This document shows, in pieces, positions 40,809 through 51,174 of a stretch of 64,000 nucleotides of DNA (its first letter is position 1; each line of letters begins with the position of its first letter). A model generated the notes under the pieces. It searched no databases and was not told the DNA's origin. It saw only the letters and a list, made by a program, of their open reading frames with translations. Made by a program: the position numbers and the translations under genes. Source of the DNA: Deltaproteobacteria bacterium (GTDB taxonomy: Bacteria; Myxococcota_A; Polyangia; JAAYKL01). The stretch covers positions 21,943-85,942 of the forward strand of contig JAFGQN010000073.1 of the NCBI GenBank assembly GCA_016935665.1, written 5' to 3'.

Positions 40809-41675
40809 ATGACTGAAAAAAAATGCGCGCACTGTTCCGCTTTACTTTCACCGGACTCGGCATTCTGCGGTGCCTGCGGAAAACCGGTGGCAGACACAGC
40901 CGCTGCGCCGCAACCTGACTTTAACAAAGATACGCCCATCGACACCGAATCCCCAACGCCCGCCGTTGGAAACGCAAAAACAATGCTGCTCCATCAGGCG
41001 GTGGTTCCCCCTGTGTTGCCCGACGCTTCACCCAAATCATTGCCTGAAGAATCATCTGAAACGGTACCCAAAACGTCGCCTGAAACAAGAGCAGAGGATA
41101 CCCACAAAGAGCATGCTTCCAAATCAGCGAAAGGCGGTCCAGGGGCACCTGCCATCATCGCTGTGGTGGCGGTTCTGGCGCTTGTCGCAGGAGCAATCGT
41201 GTTTCTCCTCTGGCAGGCGAAATCCCCACCGGACGCAGTGACGGACCGTCACACGGACACCGATGCCAAATCCGACAAACCCACCGCAGAAAAAGGTGCG
41301 GATCATTTTGTTCCCATCGATGAGTTGTCCGCCGATGACGTGGAACAGGTTCTGCAGGACGGCAAACGGTTGCCGGCAATCAGCGGATTCAAGTCGGCTA
41401 AGGATGTGGTTGAACCGTTCTCGGTTACATGGCTGACCGTGGATATTGACAATCCCGAAAACGCAGGGTTCAGTCTGTATTATGCCAGTACGTGTGGCGT
41501 GGTCTCTCAGGATTTTGCCGCGCACAATCGCGCTCGGTTTGTGGCGCCCGATAGCCCGGGTATCTGCAATGTGACAGTGGAGGCGAAATCGGCCAACATG
41601 CTGGCCGGCATCTTTCGCACCATATCCATATTGGTCTCTGCCAAAGACGGAGAGGAGATGCACTATGAGGAATAG
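40809..41675 (+). CDS. Zinc-ribbon / single-pass membrane protein
   Basis: CAHC...CGAC zinc ribbon, Pro-rich linker, TM helix IIAVVAVLALVAGAIVFLLW and a C-terminal extracytoplasmic domain. GGGAGG RBS before the ATG at 40809. Confidence 0.5.
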   Translation: MTEKKCAHCSALLSPDSAFCGACGKPVADTAAAPQPDFNKDTPIDTESPTPAVGNAKTMLLHQAVVPPVLPDASPKSLPEESSETVPKTSPETRAEDTHKEHASKSAKGGPGAPAIIAVVAVLALVAGAIVFLLWQAKSPPDAVTDRHTDTDAKSDKPTAEKGADHFVPIDELSADDVEQVLQDGKRLPAISGFKSAKDVVEPFSVTWLTVDIDNPENAGFSLYYASTCGVVSQDFAAHNRARFVAPDSPGICNVTVEAKSANMLAGIFRTISILVSAKDGEEMHYEE

Positions 41676-44600
41676 TCAGTCTCATCTGTGGCGGTTTCGA
41701 CTCACGCTCTTTCACCTGACAGGGGCAACCATTCTGTCCATGGCGGCCGCGCTCATTGCCGACAGTACTGCGAGCCAGATTGGGAATGCGGATGTCAGTG
41801 CCGTTAAAGACATTTACATGCAAAAAATGAAAACCGAGTTTGACAACGCCATCGCACAGGTGACCAAAGAACGCGACGCATTGCAAAAAGACACTCAGGC
41901 CTGGCGCGAGCTGAACGGGGAACTGAAATCGCTTCAGTCCAAAAAACAAAAATTTGAAAAGGTGGAGCTGGGGATAACCATTTATAGCTCAGTAAAAAAC
42001 GCAAAGGACGCCATGGCGAGTCTCATTGAGGAGGCGCAGAAATCCAGGCGGGGCTTCGATGTGAATCCGGATGTGCTCGCCGGGCATCGCATCGTTGCGC
42101 TGGACAGTCTAAAGGCGCTAAACACAGTTCAAACGGGCAAAGATTACTACGACAAGATTAAAACGCTCTCAGAAGATCTCAACCGGCTGAAGGAATCGGA
42201 TTTATCTCCATCCACCAGAAAGCTCGCCCAATCCATGACGGTTCTCACCCGGCTGATGGAGGAATTTGGCGACAAGACGCCAGTGGTGGGTGAAATCATT
42301 AAAGCCTATGGGCAGATTGGCGGCGGGCTGGTGACCAAAGCCGCCGAGCTGGACGCAGCGTTTGCCGATCTGGAACAGGGCCAGCTCATTAAGGATGGTG
42401 TGGGCAATCGCGGAATTCGCGCCACCATGGCGAAAAAGGTGCCTTACTGCGACAAGGATACCACTGTTGTGGCGTGGGCGGTGCCAGGCGTGCCACGAGT
42501 GTACCGGAACACCTGCACGGTGCTGATTTGGGATTCCGGTAAAGAAAACTGGCATAACGCCAAAGAGGCCTATCCCAATCATACACCCGATGCGCTGACA
42601 GAGATGATACTGTCACGCTATACCACATATCTGGAATACGAACTGTCGAAGCCCACCCCGTACCAGCTGTTAAACGGATTCGAAAAGGCGGTGGTGCTGA
42701 CGGCGACCACCTCCAAAAGAGGGGTTCAATCCGGTGAGACAATTGAACTGACCGCCTCGGGCAAATGGTTAAAAGACCTGCAACCGGTTTCCAGACGGCT
42801 GAAAGTAAAATTTAGAAACAAAAGAAAGTTTCTTTTAAAGTCTACCGGGGGGGAATTTTCCTCAGATGGTGATGGCCTGCTCAACTCGAAGATAGGATGG
42901 ACTGCCCCCAATGCCACCGAGGGGATGTTTTATCAGGAAGTGGACCTCAATGAAGAGGACTACTTTGCGGTGCGGCCCGCTGAAACGTCGGTTGTCATGG
43001 GGTTGCCCGGGCGGATTCAACTCCGGATGAACAGGGAAAGTCCGTTCACGGTGGGCAGCAGCGTGCGATTGGAAGCCCTGCTGGTGGACGATACGGGAAC
43101 CCCTTACCTGAAAAAAGATGCCGGGGGATGGTTTACCATTTCATGTGACGAATGTGAGCAGAAGGGCGGCAGTATGCTGGCATTTGCGGCCAATGCAACG
43201 CATTCGGGAATGATGGAGCGATGGAAAATGCCCGATGAACCAGGGGAATATCTTTTCCAGGTTTCGTATGAACCAGGTCATTTTGTTAAACAACCCATCG
43301 CCGCTGACGCCCTCACCGAAAAGGTCACGGTTGTGCCCCCCAAATTCAGTCTGACAGTGGAACCTGAAATAGCGCCAGCGGATGAGAAGCAGGATGCTGC
43401 ATATGAATGGATCGTTAAGAATGACGATGTCATTCCGGTTAATCTTCGATTTCGACGGCAGTTTTTACGGGATCAGAAAAACTACTGGGCCCTGGGTGAG
43501 CTGCCCGCGACGATGACTCTTGAACCGGGCGAGACGCAACGAATTTCCTTTTCGATGAAAATTACGGATGTGGAGAACGCCAGAATCCAGAAAGTCAAAT
43601 GGATTGCCTCCCCGGAGCTGGCTGTTGCGGATGAGGCGGACAAGTGGTCGAGGTTTGCTGTGGTCGAAGCGCGAAATGATGCCTTTCAGGGAGACCTGGT
43701 GCCTGCGGTGGATGGAGTTGCTTACCAGTTTGGACAGGGACTGCCCAACGCGGTTTCCGGACGGCAGGACGCGCGTGACATTATCGCCATGCGTCTGAGC
43801 CGTCTGGAAAACATCAATAGCGATCTTACCCGGTCGCTGGCTGCCTCCGGGGCCGAAGTGAGCACCTTTATTTCGTTTTATCGCGATAAATTAAAGAGCA
43901 ATCCCACGTCTTCCCATGCGGCCACATACAGTTACTTTGGCGAAAAGTGGTATCCTGGATGGCAACAGATACTTGCGGATTTCCATGCCACCGGCATCTC
44001 TGTCGGCATGATCAATGGCAACCGTGCACTTTCAAAGATGGGCAATGTGACAGCTCCTGATATTGAAGGTTCAGGACAGGTCACCTGGCAGAATGGACTC
44101 TCGTATTATGTTCAGCTCAACCAGCGGTATTATATGAACCTGGAAAAACGCATTCTGACCCAACTGAAACGACTCATCGAAAAGTATGGCGACACAGCGA
44201 TGCCAAAGGAGGACCATGCGCGATACGTCGCTGAATACAACCGGCGAAAAGCGCGCAGCAACGGCGATGTGGGTCCCCTCGGCGATGCCGGGGACTGGCT
44301 GCCTTTTGAAGAGGCGATATACAAATTACTTTCCACTGAAGAAATGCCAAAGGAGGAGGAAACCGATTCCGACACGCAACCTGTATTTTCCCTCTCAACG
44401 TTTGCGGGCACCTGGAAAGGAACCATGGTACCAGTGGGAGAAGCGGCGCGCCTGGCAAAGCGACATGGTGGTTTCAAGGAAGAGCCGGCGACGATAATTA
44501 TATACGAGAAAGACGGCAAACTGTATGCGGATTTATCGCGCATGCAGGACGATGATGATGGCTTGTTCGTTCCGTACAAAAATGAACCCCTGAGTGTCAG

Positions 44601-44961
44601 CGGGCGTCGGTTCGTTTGGGAAAAGGGCGGTTCCCATACCATCCAGGGATTTACGAAAAGCAAGACCTATCATTGGAAACAGGGGTTTGCGGGCGAACTG
44701 CAGGGAGAAGGAAATATCCTCTTTGGTTTTGTTCGGATTATCCTTCTTGACTTCGATATTCAATTTAAAATGGTTCTGACAAAATCGGGGTCCGGCGCTG
44801 TGGCGGATACGTCTGTAAAGGACCTCGAGTACGATCCCATGGGGCTTGAAAACGAGGCCGCCAAAGATGACTCCACAACGACTGAATTTGTCGCCATTCC
44901 CGGTGATGACGGCATTTTCCGTATGGACCCGCCCAAACCGCTGTCAATATTTAAGCTGTAA
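41665..44961 (+). CDS. Large (1098 aa) hypothetical envelope-associated protein
   Basis: Overlaps the upstream gene by 11 nt. N-terminal hydrophobic segment and a coiled-coil-like region. No catalytic motif recognised. Confidence 0.5.
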   Translation: MRNSQSHLWRFRLTLFHLTGATILSMAAALIADSTASQIGNADVSAVKDIYMQKMKTEFDNAIAQVTKERDALQKDTQAWRELNGELKSLQSKKQKFEKVELGITIYSSVKNAKDAMASLIEEAQKSRRGFDVNPDVLAGHRIVALDSLKALNTVQTGKDYYDKIKTLSEDLNRLKESDLSPSTRKLAQSMTVLTRLMEEFGDKTPVVGEIIKAYGQIGGGLVTKAAELDAAFADLEQGQLIKDGVGNRGIRATMAKKVPYCDKDTTVVAWAVPGVPRVYRNTCTVLIWDSGKENWHNAKEAYPNHTPDALTEMILSRYTTYLEYELSKPTPYQLLNGFEKAVVLTATTSKRGVQSGETIELTASGKWLKDLQPVSRRLKVKFRNKRKFLLKSTGGEFSSDGDGLLNSKIGWTAPNATEGMFYQEVDLNEEDYFAVRPAETSVVMGLPGRIQLRMNRESPFTVGSSVRLEALLVDDTGTPYLKKDAGGWFTISCDECEQKGGSMLAFAANATHSGMMERWKMPDEPGEYLFQVSYEPGHFVKQPIAADALTEKVTVVPPKFSLTVEPEIAPADEKQDAAYEWIVKNDDVIPVNLRFRRQFLRDQKNYWALGELPATMTLEPGETQRISFSMKITDVENARIQKVKWIASPELAVADEADKWSRFAVVEARNDAFQGDLVPAVDGVAYQFGQGLPNAVSGRQDARDIIAMRLSRLENINSDLTRSLAASGAEVSTFISFYRDKLKSNPTSSHAATYSYFGEKWYPGWQQILADFHATGISVGMINGNRALSKMGNVTAPDIEGSGQVTWQNGLSYYVQLNQRYYMNLEKRILTQLKRLIEKYGDTAMPKEDHARYVAEYNRRKARSNGDVGPLGDAGDWLPFEEAIYKLLSTEEMPKEEETDSDTQPVFSLSTFAGTWKGTMVPVGEAARLAKRHGGFKEEPATIIIYEKDGKLYADLSRMQDDDDGLFVPYKNEPLSVSGRRFVWEKGGSHTIQGFTKSKTYHWKQGFAGELQGEGNILFGFVRIILLDFDIQFKMVLTKSGSGAVADTSVKDLEYDPMGLENEAAKDDSTTTEFVAIPGDDGIFRMDPPKPLSIFKL

Positions 44962-45396
44962 ATCCAACCAAAAACGGTCGCGTCCCTGGACACGTCATCG
45001 GCTCCGTCGACTTGAGACAGAACACGTATACTGCTGCCACAAATGCCTCAGTCACCACGAACTCGACATTTGCTTTTTGCAGGCGAGGGATATTTTTGAT
45101 GTTAAGGATGGTATTACGATCTCACTCAAGATTGACGGGAGATATGGTTTCGCCTCATAGATACACAGCAAATCGTTGAACTCATGGTGTTACCTTCGGT
45201 AAAAAAATAGACATTTGCGGCAAAAAAAAGGAGTCTTCAGTGGGAATGAGGATTGACCGTCCATCGGTTTGTCAATATTTTGAGCACAATTTAAATATGC
45301 CTGTCAGTTCTGGCACGATGTTGGTTGTAATATATGATCGTGTTTATAAACCACATTTATAGGCAGGTCTCTTTTCTGAAAGGGTAGTTGAGTATA

Positions 45397-47610
45397 ATGA
45401 AAGGCCGCTTATTAATTATTTGCTTCTCACTGCTAATTTGTGTCACCGCCTGCGAAAAGGACAAAACAAATCGCGTGGAAGATGAAACGGTTACCACCAC
45501 CGATTCCAATGTTGGTAGAGACAGCTTTAAAGATACCGATTCCAATGCGGACAGTGATTCCAGCGCTGATTCAGGCAGTGTTTTCGATTCTGATTCCGAC
45601 GGTGTTGCAGACTCTGACTCACACCGAGGCGCCGCCATGGATTCGGAGAGTGACCCTGACACGAATTCACAAGAGGACCCTGGCACAGATTCAATCAGCG
45701 ATACCATTTCTGATTCAGACAGTGTTGAAAGCAAAGATTCGGGCAGCGATACCGGCGCGGATACAGCGGAGATTGCAATTTTCACTCCCGGAACAGCCTG
45801 TACGCAAAAAACTGCTGCATCGGATTGTGGTCTGGATTTGATATGTGTGGACGGCGTATGCTGCAATGAACTTTGCGCCGGTGCATGTGCATCCTGTACC
45901 ATTCCCGGTTTTGAAGGCCATTGCCTTACTTTGAACCAGGGCACAGTGTGCCGACCCGAAGCAACACCCTGCGATGCCGCCGAACTGTGTGATGGACTCA
46001 GTCAGGAGTGCCCCCTGGATGAAGGCAAACCATTGGGGGCAAGTTGCGGCGCCCAGTTATCCAGTGCCTGCAATGCTCCGGACACCTGCGATTTAGATGG
46101 CATTTGTCAGCCCAATTTTGCAACTGCGGGGACGCCATGCGGTACCGATGGCGGCGCGTGCAAAGTGAGTCCCATGTGCAACGGGGCGGGCGCCTGCACC
46201 AGCGCGGTGAACAAACCGGACGGTACGCCCTGTGGAAACACCACCACCACGGAATGTGATATGCCCGATAGCTGTTTGAATGGTGAATGTTCCCCCAATT
46301 TCGCGGTCCTTGGAACCCCTTGCGGCGACATTGAAGATGTTTCTGAGTGTAACAGGGCAGACCAATGTGACGGTCGCGGTTCATGTTCGGCCAATCTGGT
46401 ATCCGCAGGCGTCCCCTGTGGCGATACGGACGAAAGCGTCTGCGATTTGGCAGACCAATGCGATGGCAAAGGCAATTGCGACAGTAGAACGCTTCCAGAT
46501 CAAACCGCCTGCGGTGACGATTTCGTTGGAGAATGCGACAAACCCGACAGCTGCCAGGGTGGTGTGTGTGTGTCCAATCATGTCCCCGACGGCGCCGCCT
46601 GCAATGAGAAAAGTTGGGAGATCGCTTATCGGTGTTCTGACACGGACTGTTCAGCCACGCCACAGAAACAGGTGCAGAGCTGGTCTTGCAGAACCGGTGT
46701 GTGTGACACAGATCCCGCCATGTGGGAAAATCTGGGTGACGGCTATAACTGCAGAAACACTGAGATTTGCCAAAGCGATGGTGAAACCTTTGCCGAATGT
46801 GAACCGTGTGAACAGGAACCGTTTGATGAATGTGTTGGCCAGTCGGCAATTAGTCACTATGGGAGCGGGTTTTGCACCACTGCCATTTCGGGAGTTCCGG
46901 AGTGTTACTTTGAGTTTACAGAAGAAGAGTGTGCGAAAAATACAGATGGGCAAACAAACTGCGCAAAAGGCGCCTGTACCGAATTCACCTGTGAACCTGG
47001 TGAAAAAGATGCGATATACACCTTTGATACACAGTTCGATGCCGAAGGCTGGACCCTCAACAAATGGCATTCCGATCTGAACTGGCCGTGGTCCATGACT
47101 ATGGCGTCCAGGTTTTTGCGAATGGACTTCGCCTACGCACCGGAGAGTGATTGCTATTATTACCCGCCGGCAACGGCCTGCCATTATTACGATTTCGCCA
47201 ATGACGACGAATCCGATGCCGCACTGATTTCTCCACCCATGTCGTTGTATGCATGCACCACCGGCACTGTATCTTTTTATTTCACGATGCAGGATGAAAG
47301 CGATAATTGTCCAGCAACAACTTTTGCGCTGGAGTGTGGCGTCGAAGGAGATTGGATAACACTCTGGTCCAGGGACGACATCAACAAAGACGTAGCGCCG
47401 AATGGCAATTACCAGGCATCGAAAATAAGCGACATTGACATCTCTCCGTGTCTGGGTCGGGAAGAACCCGTATTTTTCCGCTTCATTCCACACAACCTGT
47501 GCAATCTGTCCATCAGATTTCTGATGATCGACAAATTTTCAATTACCGCCAAACAGGAAGTCCATTATCCGAATACGGATGAAGATTCTGCAAACGACAC
47601 AGTTATGTAA
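45397..47610 (+). CDS. Cysteine-rich-repeat lipoprotein
   Basis: Lipobox ICVTAC. A D/S-rich acidic linker. At least 7 tandem copies of the CxxxDxCDGxGxCxxxxxxxGxxCG module (e.g. ECDMPDSCLNGECSPNFAVLGTPCG), then a C-terminal domain. Confidence 0.6.
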   Translation: MKGRLLIICFSLLICVTACEKDKTNRVEDETVTTTDSNVGRDSFKDTDSNADSDSSADSGSVFDSDSDGVADSDSHRGAAMDSESDPDTNSQEDPGTDSISDTISDSDSVESKDSGSDTGADTAEIAIFTPGTACTQKTAASDCGLDLICVDGVCCNELCAGACASCTIPGFEGHCLTLNQGTVCRPEATPCDAAELCDGLSQECPLDEGKPLGASCGAQLSSACNAPDTCDLDGICQPNFATAGTPCGTDGGACKVSPMCNGAGACTSAVNKPDGTPCGNTTTTECDMPDSCLNGECSPNFAVLGTPCGDIEDVSECNRADQCDGRGSCSANLVSAGVPCGDTDESVCDLADQCDGKGNCDSRTLPDQTACGDDFVGECDKPDSCQGGVCVSNHVPDGAACNEKSWEIAYRCSDTDCSATPQKQVQSWSCRTGVCDTDPAMWENLGDGYNCRNTEICQSDGETFAECEPCEQEPFDECVGQSAISHYGSGFCTTAISGVPECYFEFTEEECAKNTDGQTNCAKGACTEFTCEPGEKDAIYTFDTQFDAEGWTLNKWHSDLNWPWSMTMASRFLRMDFAYAPESDCYYYPPATACHYYDFANDDESDAALISPPMSLYACTTGTVSFYFTMQDESDNCPATTFALECGVEGDWITLWSRDDINKDVAPNGNYQASKISDIDISPCLGREEPVFFRFIPHNLCNLSIRFLMIDKFSITAKQEVHYPNTDEDSANDTVM

Positions 47611-47829
47611 TACAGACCAATCGCGTTCTCGAAATGCAGGGACGGGTCATTATGCCCGGCCGACGCCTGGGAAAGGCGGCAGATAGACTACCGCCCCTTC
47701 GTACAGCAGGAGTCGTCAGAATCCACAGACAAAGGATGAATGGTCCAATGGGTATTTGGGGGTTTGCTTTACAGCGCGATGGGTTCAGCGGCACGTATGC
47801 TCAATGGCACGTGTTTCCTTCTCGCCCAT

Positions 47830-48384
47830 TTAAATGGAGTCGGTAAACGCATTGCCTGCTTTTATCCACAATGTGTTGTCAGCGATTTTTATGGGGGTCA
47901 CGACCCTGATCATGAGTGCGCCTGTTATCAGGCATGTAACAATACCCAAAATACCAATAAGAACGATCGCGCCTGAGACGGGACTGCCGCTGTCGGTCAT
48001 CAATGCGCCGATTATGGCTAACAACAGACACATCAGTGACCCGATTGAAGCAATCAGAATTCCCATGACCCGCCGTTTTCGATGGCGTTCGCAAACGCTG
48101 ATATGAATTGTCCCTTTTTTGCGCACAATGAGTGCAACAATAAGATACAGAATCCAGCTTACTAAAAACAACAGGTATATCCAGCCTGGATGCCAAAATA
48201 ACTTTCGGGTCATTTTGCGTCCGGATACCGCCTGGTTGCAAACGGCACAGCGGTCAGGCCATTCGGCGTTATCGGCGCACACAACGAAATTGCCTTCTCG
48301 GCGCAATCCGACCAAGTCGTTGGCAACATGCTCAGGAAGAACGGCGTCGTCAATTTTTTTGGGGGGAGCGTACGGATTTTCCAT
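47830..48384 (-). CDS. Hypothetical membrane protein
   Basis: CxxC pair followed by 3-4 predicted TM helices. Confidence 0.4.
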   Translation of the reverse strand: MENPYAPPKKIDDAVLPEHVANDLVGLRREGNFVVCADNAEWPDRCAVCNQAVSGRKMTRKLFWHPGWIYLLFLVSWILYLIVALIVRKKGTIHISVCERHRKRRVMGILIASIGSLMCLLLAIIGALMTDSGSPVSGAIVLIGILGIVTCLITGALMIRVVTPIKIADNTLWIKAGNAFTDSI

Positions 48385-48727
48385 CAGAGACCTTTCTGTG
48401 TAAAAATATTGTCACAATATAACAGATTTTAAACATGGCTCACTTCAAATATTTGCAGATAGAATTTGCTGAGCGAAGGAGATTAACATACATGTAAAGT
48501 GGCAAAAGACGTTCCTGCCAGCCCCTAACGGTTCTCATGGCAAAGGATTTGACCGGTATGGGGTGTTTCGAAAAGTAGCAGATTTATTATTTTCATTCCT
48601 GCTGATATATATTCAATCCAACTCGGAGTGAATGCGCTGAGTCCCAAACAGGGGTTTTGACGAGCAATGTGGTGCGCCTTCATACGGGTTGTTGTTTAAC
48701 CATTTGAGAAAATGCGAAGAGGCGTGT

Positions 48728-49114
48728 ATGCAGATTCGGTTAAAGGGTGAAATCTCTCTGGAGTTGGAGAACGGATTTACGATTAGCTACAGAATGATGG
48801 AGCTGCTCATGGTTATTGAAAAAACCGGCTCCCTGAACCAGGCCGCTAAAGATTTGGGTGTCTCGTACTCGCATTCATGGAATATTCTGAATCGGTTAAA
48901 CTGCCAGCTGCAGCAGCCTATTGTCATTACCCAAAGGGGCGGAAAAGGCGGCGGCATCGCGCAGCTTACAACTGCCGGCAAATCACTTCTTCAAAAATAT
49001 CTGACTGTGCGCAGTACCTTCTTTGAAATACTGGAAGGGTATTGCATCTCCATTGATGATATAGCCGTTGCGGATGACTCACCCAAACCTGACGTTTCAA
49101 AGAAAAAAGTGTGA
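48728..49114 (+). CDS. ModE N-terminal-domain (wHTH) family transcriptional regulator, lacking Mop/TOBE domains
   Basis: ISYRMMELLMVIEKTGSLNQAAKDLGVSYSHSWNILNRLNCQLQQPIVITQRGGKGGGIAQLTTAGKSLLQKY aligns closely with the E. coli ModE N-terminal domain, including the GGKGGGG motif. GAAGAGG RBS. Only about 128 aa. Confidence 0.6.
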   Translation: MQIRLKGEISLELENGFTISYRMMELLMVIEKTGSLNQAAKDLGVSYSHSWNILNRLNCQLQQPIVITQRGGKGGGIAQLTTAGKSLLQKYLTVRSTFFEILEGYCISIDDIAVADDSPKPDVSKKKV

Positions 49115-49150
49115 AACGCTACTGGGGTGTTCCCCATCGGACGTCGTTAA

Positions 49151-50329
49151 TCATGGAATGTTTGCCGGTTTTCTTTCGGCATGTCTTAAAATGTCATCCA
49201 GCTGTTCATCCGAAAGCGAAATTCGATAAAACAGTTTATACGCCTTTTTGAATTCCTGCCGGATGTCAAAGGGGTACAAATTGGGATATATCAGATGGGC
49301 CAGCCATTTTACGCCGACAATGCGATTCACCGATGGTGGTCTGTCGAAAACATTAAAGGGCGTATACGGAATCTGAAACAGCAGTCCGTTCTTCACAGCC
49401 TTCAGCGAAAAGAATCGGCTGTCTTTTAAAATACTGTCGTATGTTTTGCGCTCGTTACCGAATCCCAAATCCTGGCAGACCAGAATCATATCCGGATTCC
49501 AGACAAGCAGTTGCTCCGGCGATACCTGCGCCCTGCCCATGCCGCCTCTGCCTTTGGTGACTTTTAGCACTTCAGTGGTGGCCACATTTTTGGCGCCAAC
49601 CATTTCAAGCAATTCCGAATGCAGTGACCCGGTCGGATCCGTATTCAGGCCTTCCGGCCCTTCCGCGTAATACACACGGATTTTCTGATCTTCAGAAATG
49701 GTGGCCGCGGTTTTGTCGATTTCTGCCAGCATATCTTCCACATACGCTGCCAGCGCATTGGCGCGTTCCGACTCCTCAAGCACACTGCCCGCAAAACGAT
49801 AAATGGCCGGCAGTTTTCTGATTCCCGCATCGATCACAATCACAGGAATACCCACCATCGATTCAATCCGGTTTGCCAAATCAATTGCCGCCCGATTTAA
49901 AGACGCATTTTCAGCGGTATGTATCATCACATCCGGCGCAGTCTTCATAATCTCTTCGATGTTCCCCTCCTTTCCCGCATACCAGCCCCCCAACACCGGT
50001 AGTTTAAGATACGCGTCACAAAGGTATTGTCGCTCAACAGTGGTGGGCGCCCAGTTCAGTCCCGCGATCTTCGAAGGGTTCAGCGTATACATTAAAAGGG
50101 TTCCCATGGGGCTTCTGCTAAACACCGACTGTATCTTTTCAGGGATGGATACCTGTCTTCCCGCCATGTCAGTAATGATTCTGGTTTTAGGCCGCGCGGC
50201 CGACGGTGCGCTCAACGGCGCATCCGATGACGGCCCGACATGGTCCTGTTGCGAAAAGACAAACACGGTTACAGCAATGCAACCGGCAAGCAGTAACACC
50301 ACATATCTGACTATACGCTTTTTATTCAT
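49151..50329 (-). CDS. ABC transporter periplasmic substrate-binding protein (FecB/BtuF-like, metal-chelate type)
   Basis: Class III PBP pattern. The start at MNKKRIV forms an ATGA overlap with the ATPase gene stop. Confidence 0.7.
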   Translation of the reverse strand: MNKKRIVRYVVLLLAGCIAVTVFVFSQQDHVGPSSDAPLSAPSAARPKTRIITDMAGRQVSIPEKIQSVFSRSPMGTLLMYTLNPSKIAGLNWAPTTVERQYLCDAYLKLPVLGGWYAGKEGNIEEIMKTAPDVMIHTAENASLNRAAIDLANRIESMVGIPVIVIDAGIRKLPAIYRFAGSVLEESERANALAAYVEDMLAEIDKTAATISEDQKIRVYYAEGPEGLNTDPTGSLHSELLEMVGAKNVATTEVLKVTKGRGGMGRAQVSPEQLLVWNPDMILVCQDLGFGNERKTYDSILKDSRFFSLKAVKNGLLFQIPYTPFNVFDRPPSVNRIVGVKWLAHLIYPNLYPFDIRQEFKKAYKLFYRISLSDEQLDDILRHAERKPANIP

Positions 50330-51174
50330 ACGGCTTTCTCTTTTATCGATGACATGTTCTGTGACGGATGCCGCAGACAGGGAACACACACGCTGACCGG
50401 ACTGTCGATATTGTTGTGCATCTCTTTTACCACCACATCCACGCCGTATACGTTTCGCATTAACGACGACGTGACAACAGTTTGAGGGCATCCGGTTCGG
50501 GTCATGGCGCCGCGGTTAAACACAACCACACGGGTGCCCAACTGCAGCACCTGATCAGGAGAATGGGTGGTCATAATGATTCCTATGCCGCGTTCCTTCA
50601 GTTCCAGAATACGTTCAAGAATTCGAATCCGGTTGCCAAAATCCAGATTCGATGTGGGCTCGTCCAGCACCAGATATCGCGCATCCTGCGTCAGCGCCCT
50701 GGCGATAAGCACCATCTGACGCTCGCCACCGCTCAACCGGCTGTATACTTTTTTTGCCAAATGAGAAATGCCAAGCGACGCCATGCATTCCTGTGCCTTT
50801 TCGCAGTCCAAAGGAGACGGTCCAAGCATCGAATTCACATGAACGCCGCGTCCCATCAGCACCACCTCCTCCACAGAAAATGGAAATGGCACATTGGCAA
50901 ACTGCGGCACATAGGCAATTCTGGTGGCCAGTTTCGAAGGCTTCATTTGGGCCACATCTGTGCCGTCGATAAACACTTTTCCGTCAAGGGGTTTAATAAA
51001 CCCAAGCAGCGTTCTGAAAAAAGTTGTCTTCCCCGCGCCATTGGGGCCAAACAAACAGACGACTTCTCCTTCATCCAGAGAAAAGGAAACATCCTGAACA
51101 ACAATTTGTTTACGGCCGTTTTTACTGTTCGTTCTGCCGTAGCCACACGACAGGTTTACACACTCAAGTGTCAT
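50326..51174 (-). CDS. ABC transporter ATP-binding protein (FecE/BtuD-like)
   Basis: Walker A GPNGAGKTT, LSGGERQ signature and LVLDEPTSNLD Walker B. Confidence 0.85.
   Translation of the reverse strand: MTLECVNLSCGYGRTNSKNGRKQIVVQDVSFSLDEGEVVCLFGPNGAGKTTFFRTLLGFIKPLDGKVFIDGTDVAQMKPSKLATRIAYVPQFANVPFPFSVEEVVLMGRGVHVNSMLGPSPLDCEKAQECMASLGISHLAKKVYSRLSGGERQMVLIARALTQDARYLVLDEPTSNLDFGNRIRILERILELKERGIGIIMTTHSPDQVLQLGTRVVVFNRGAMTRTGCPQTVVTSSLMRNVYGVDVVVKEMHNNIDSPVSVCVPCLRHPSQNMSSIKEKAV

Noticed and set aside
45295-45330. TGGCACGATGTTGGTTG upstream of the Cys-rich lipoprotein gene as a sigma-54 promoter
   Set aside because: The -12 element is GG rather than GC and no extended similarity to the triplicated element is present. 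It is most likely a chance TGGCAC.
45998-47493. Minus-strand ORFs of 283 aa and 280 aa
   Set aside because: They are antisense to the Cys-rich repeat lipoprotein gene. Their Arg/His/Cys-rich translations reflect the complement of GC-rich Cys/Gly/Asp codons.
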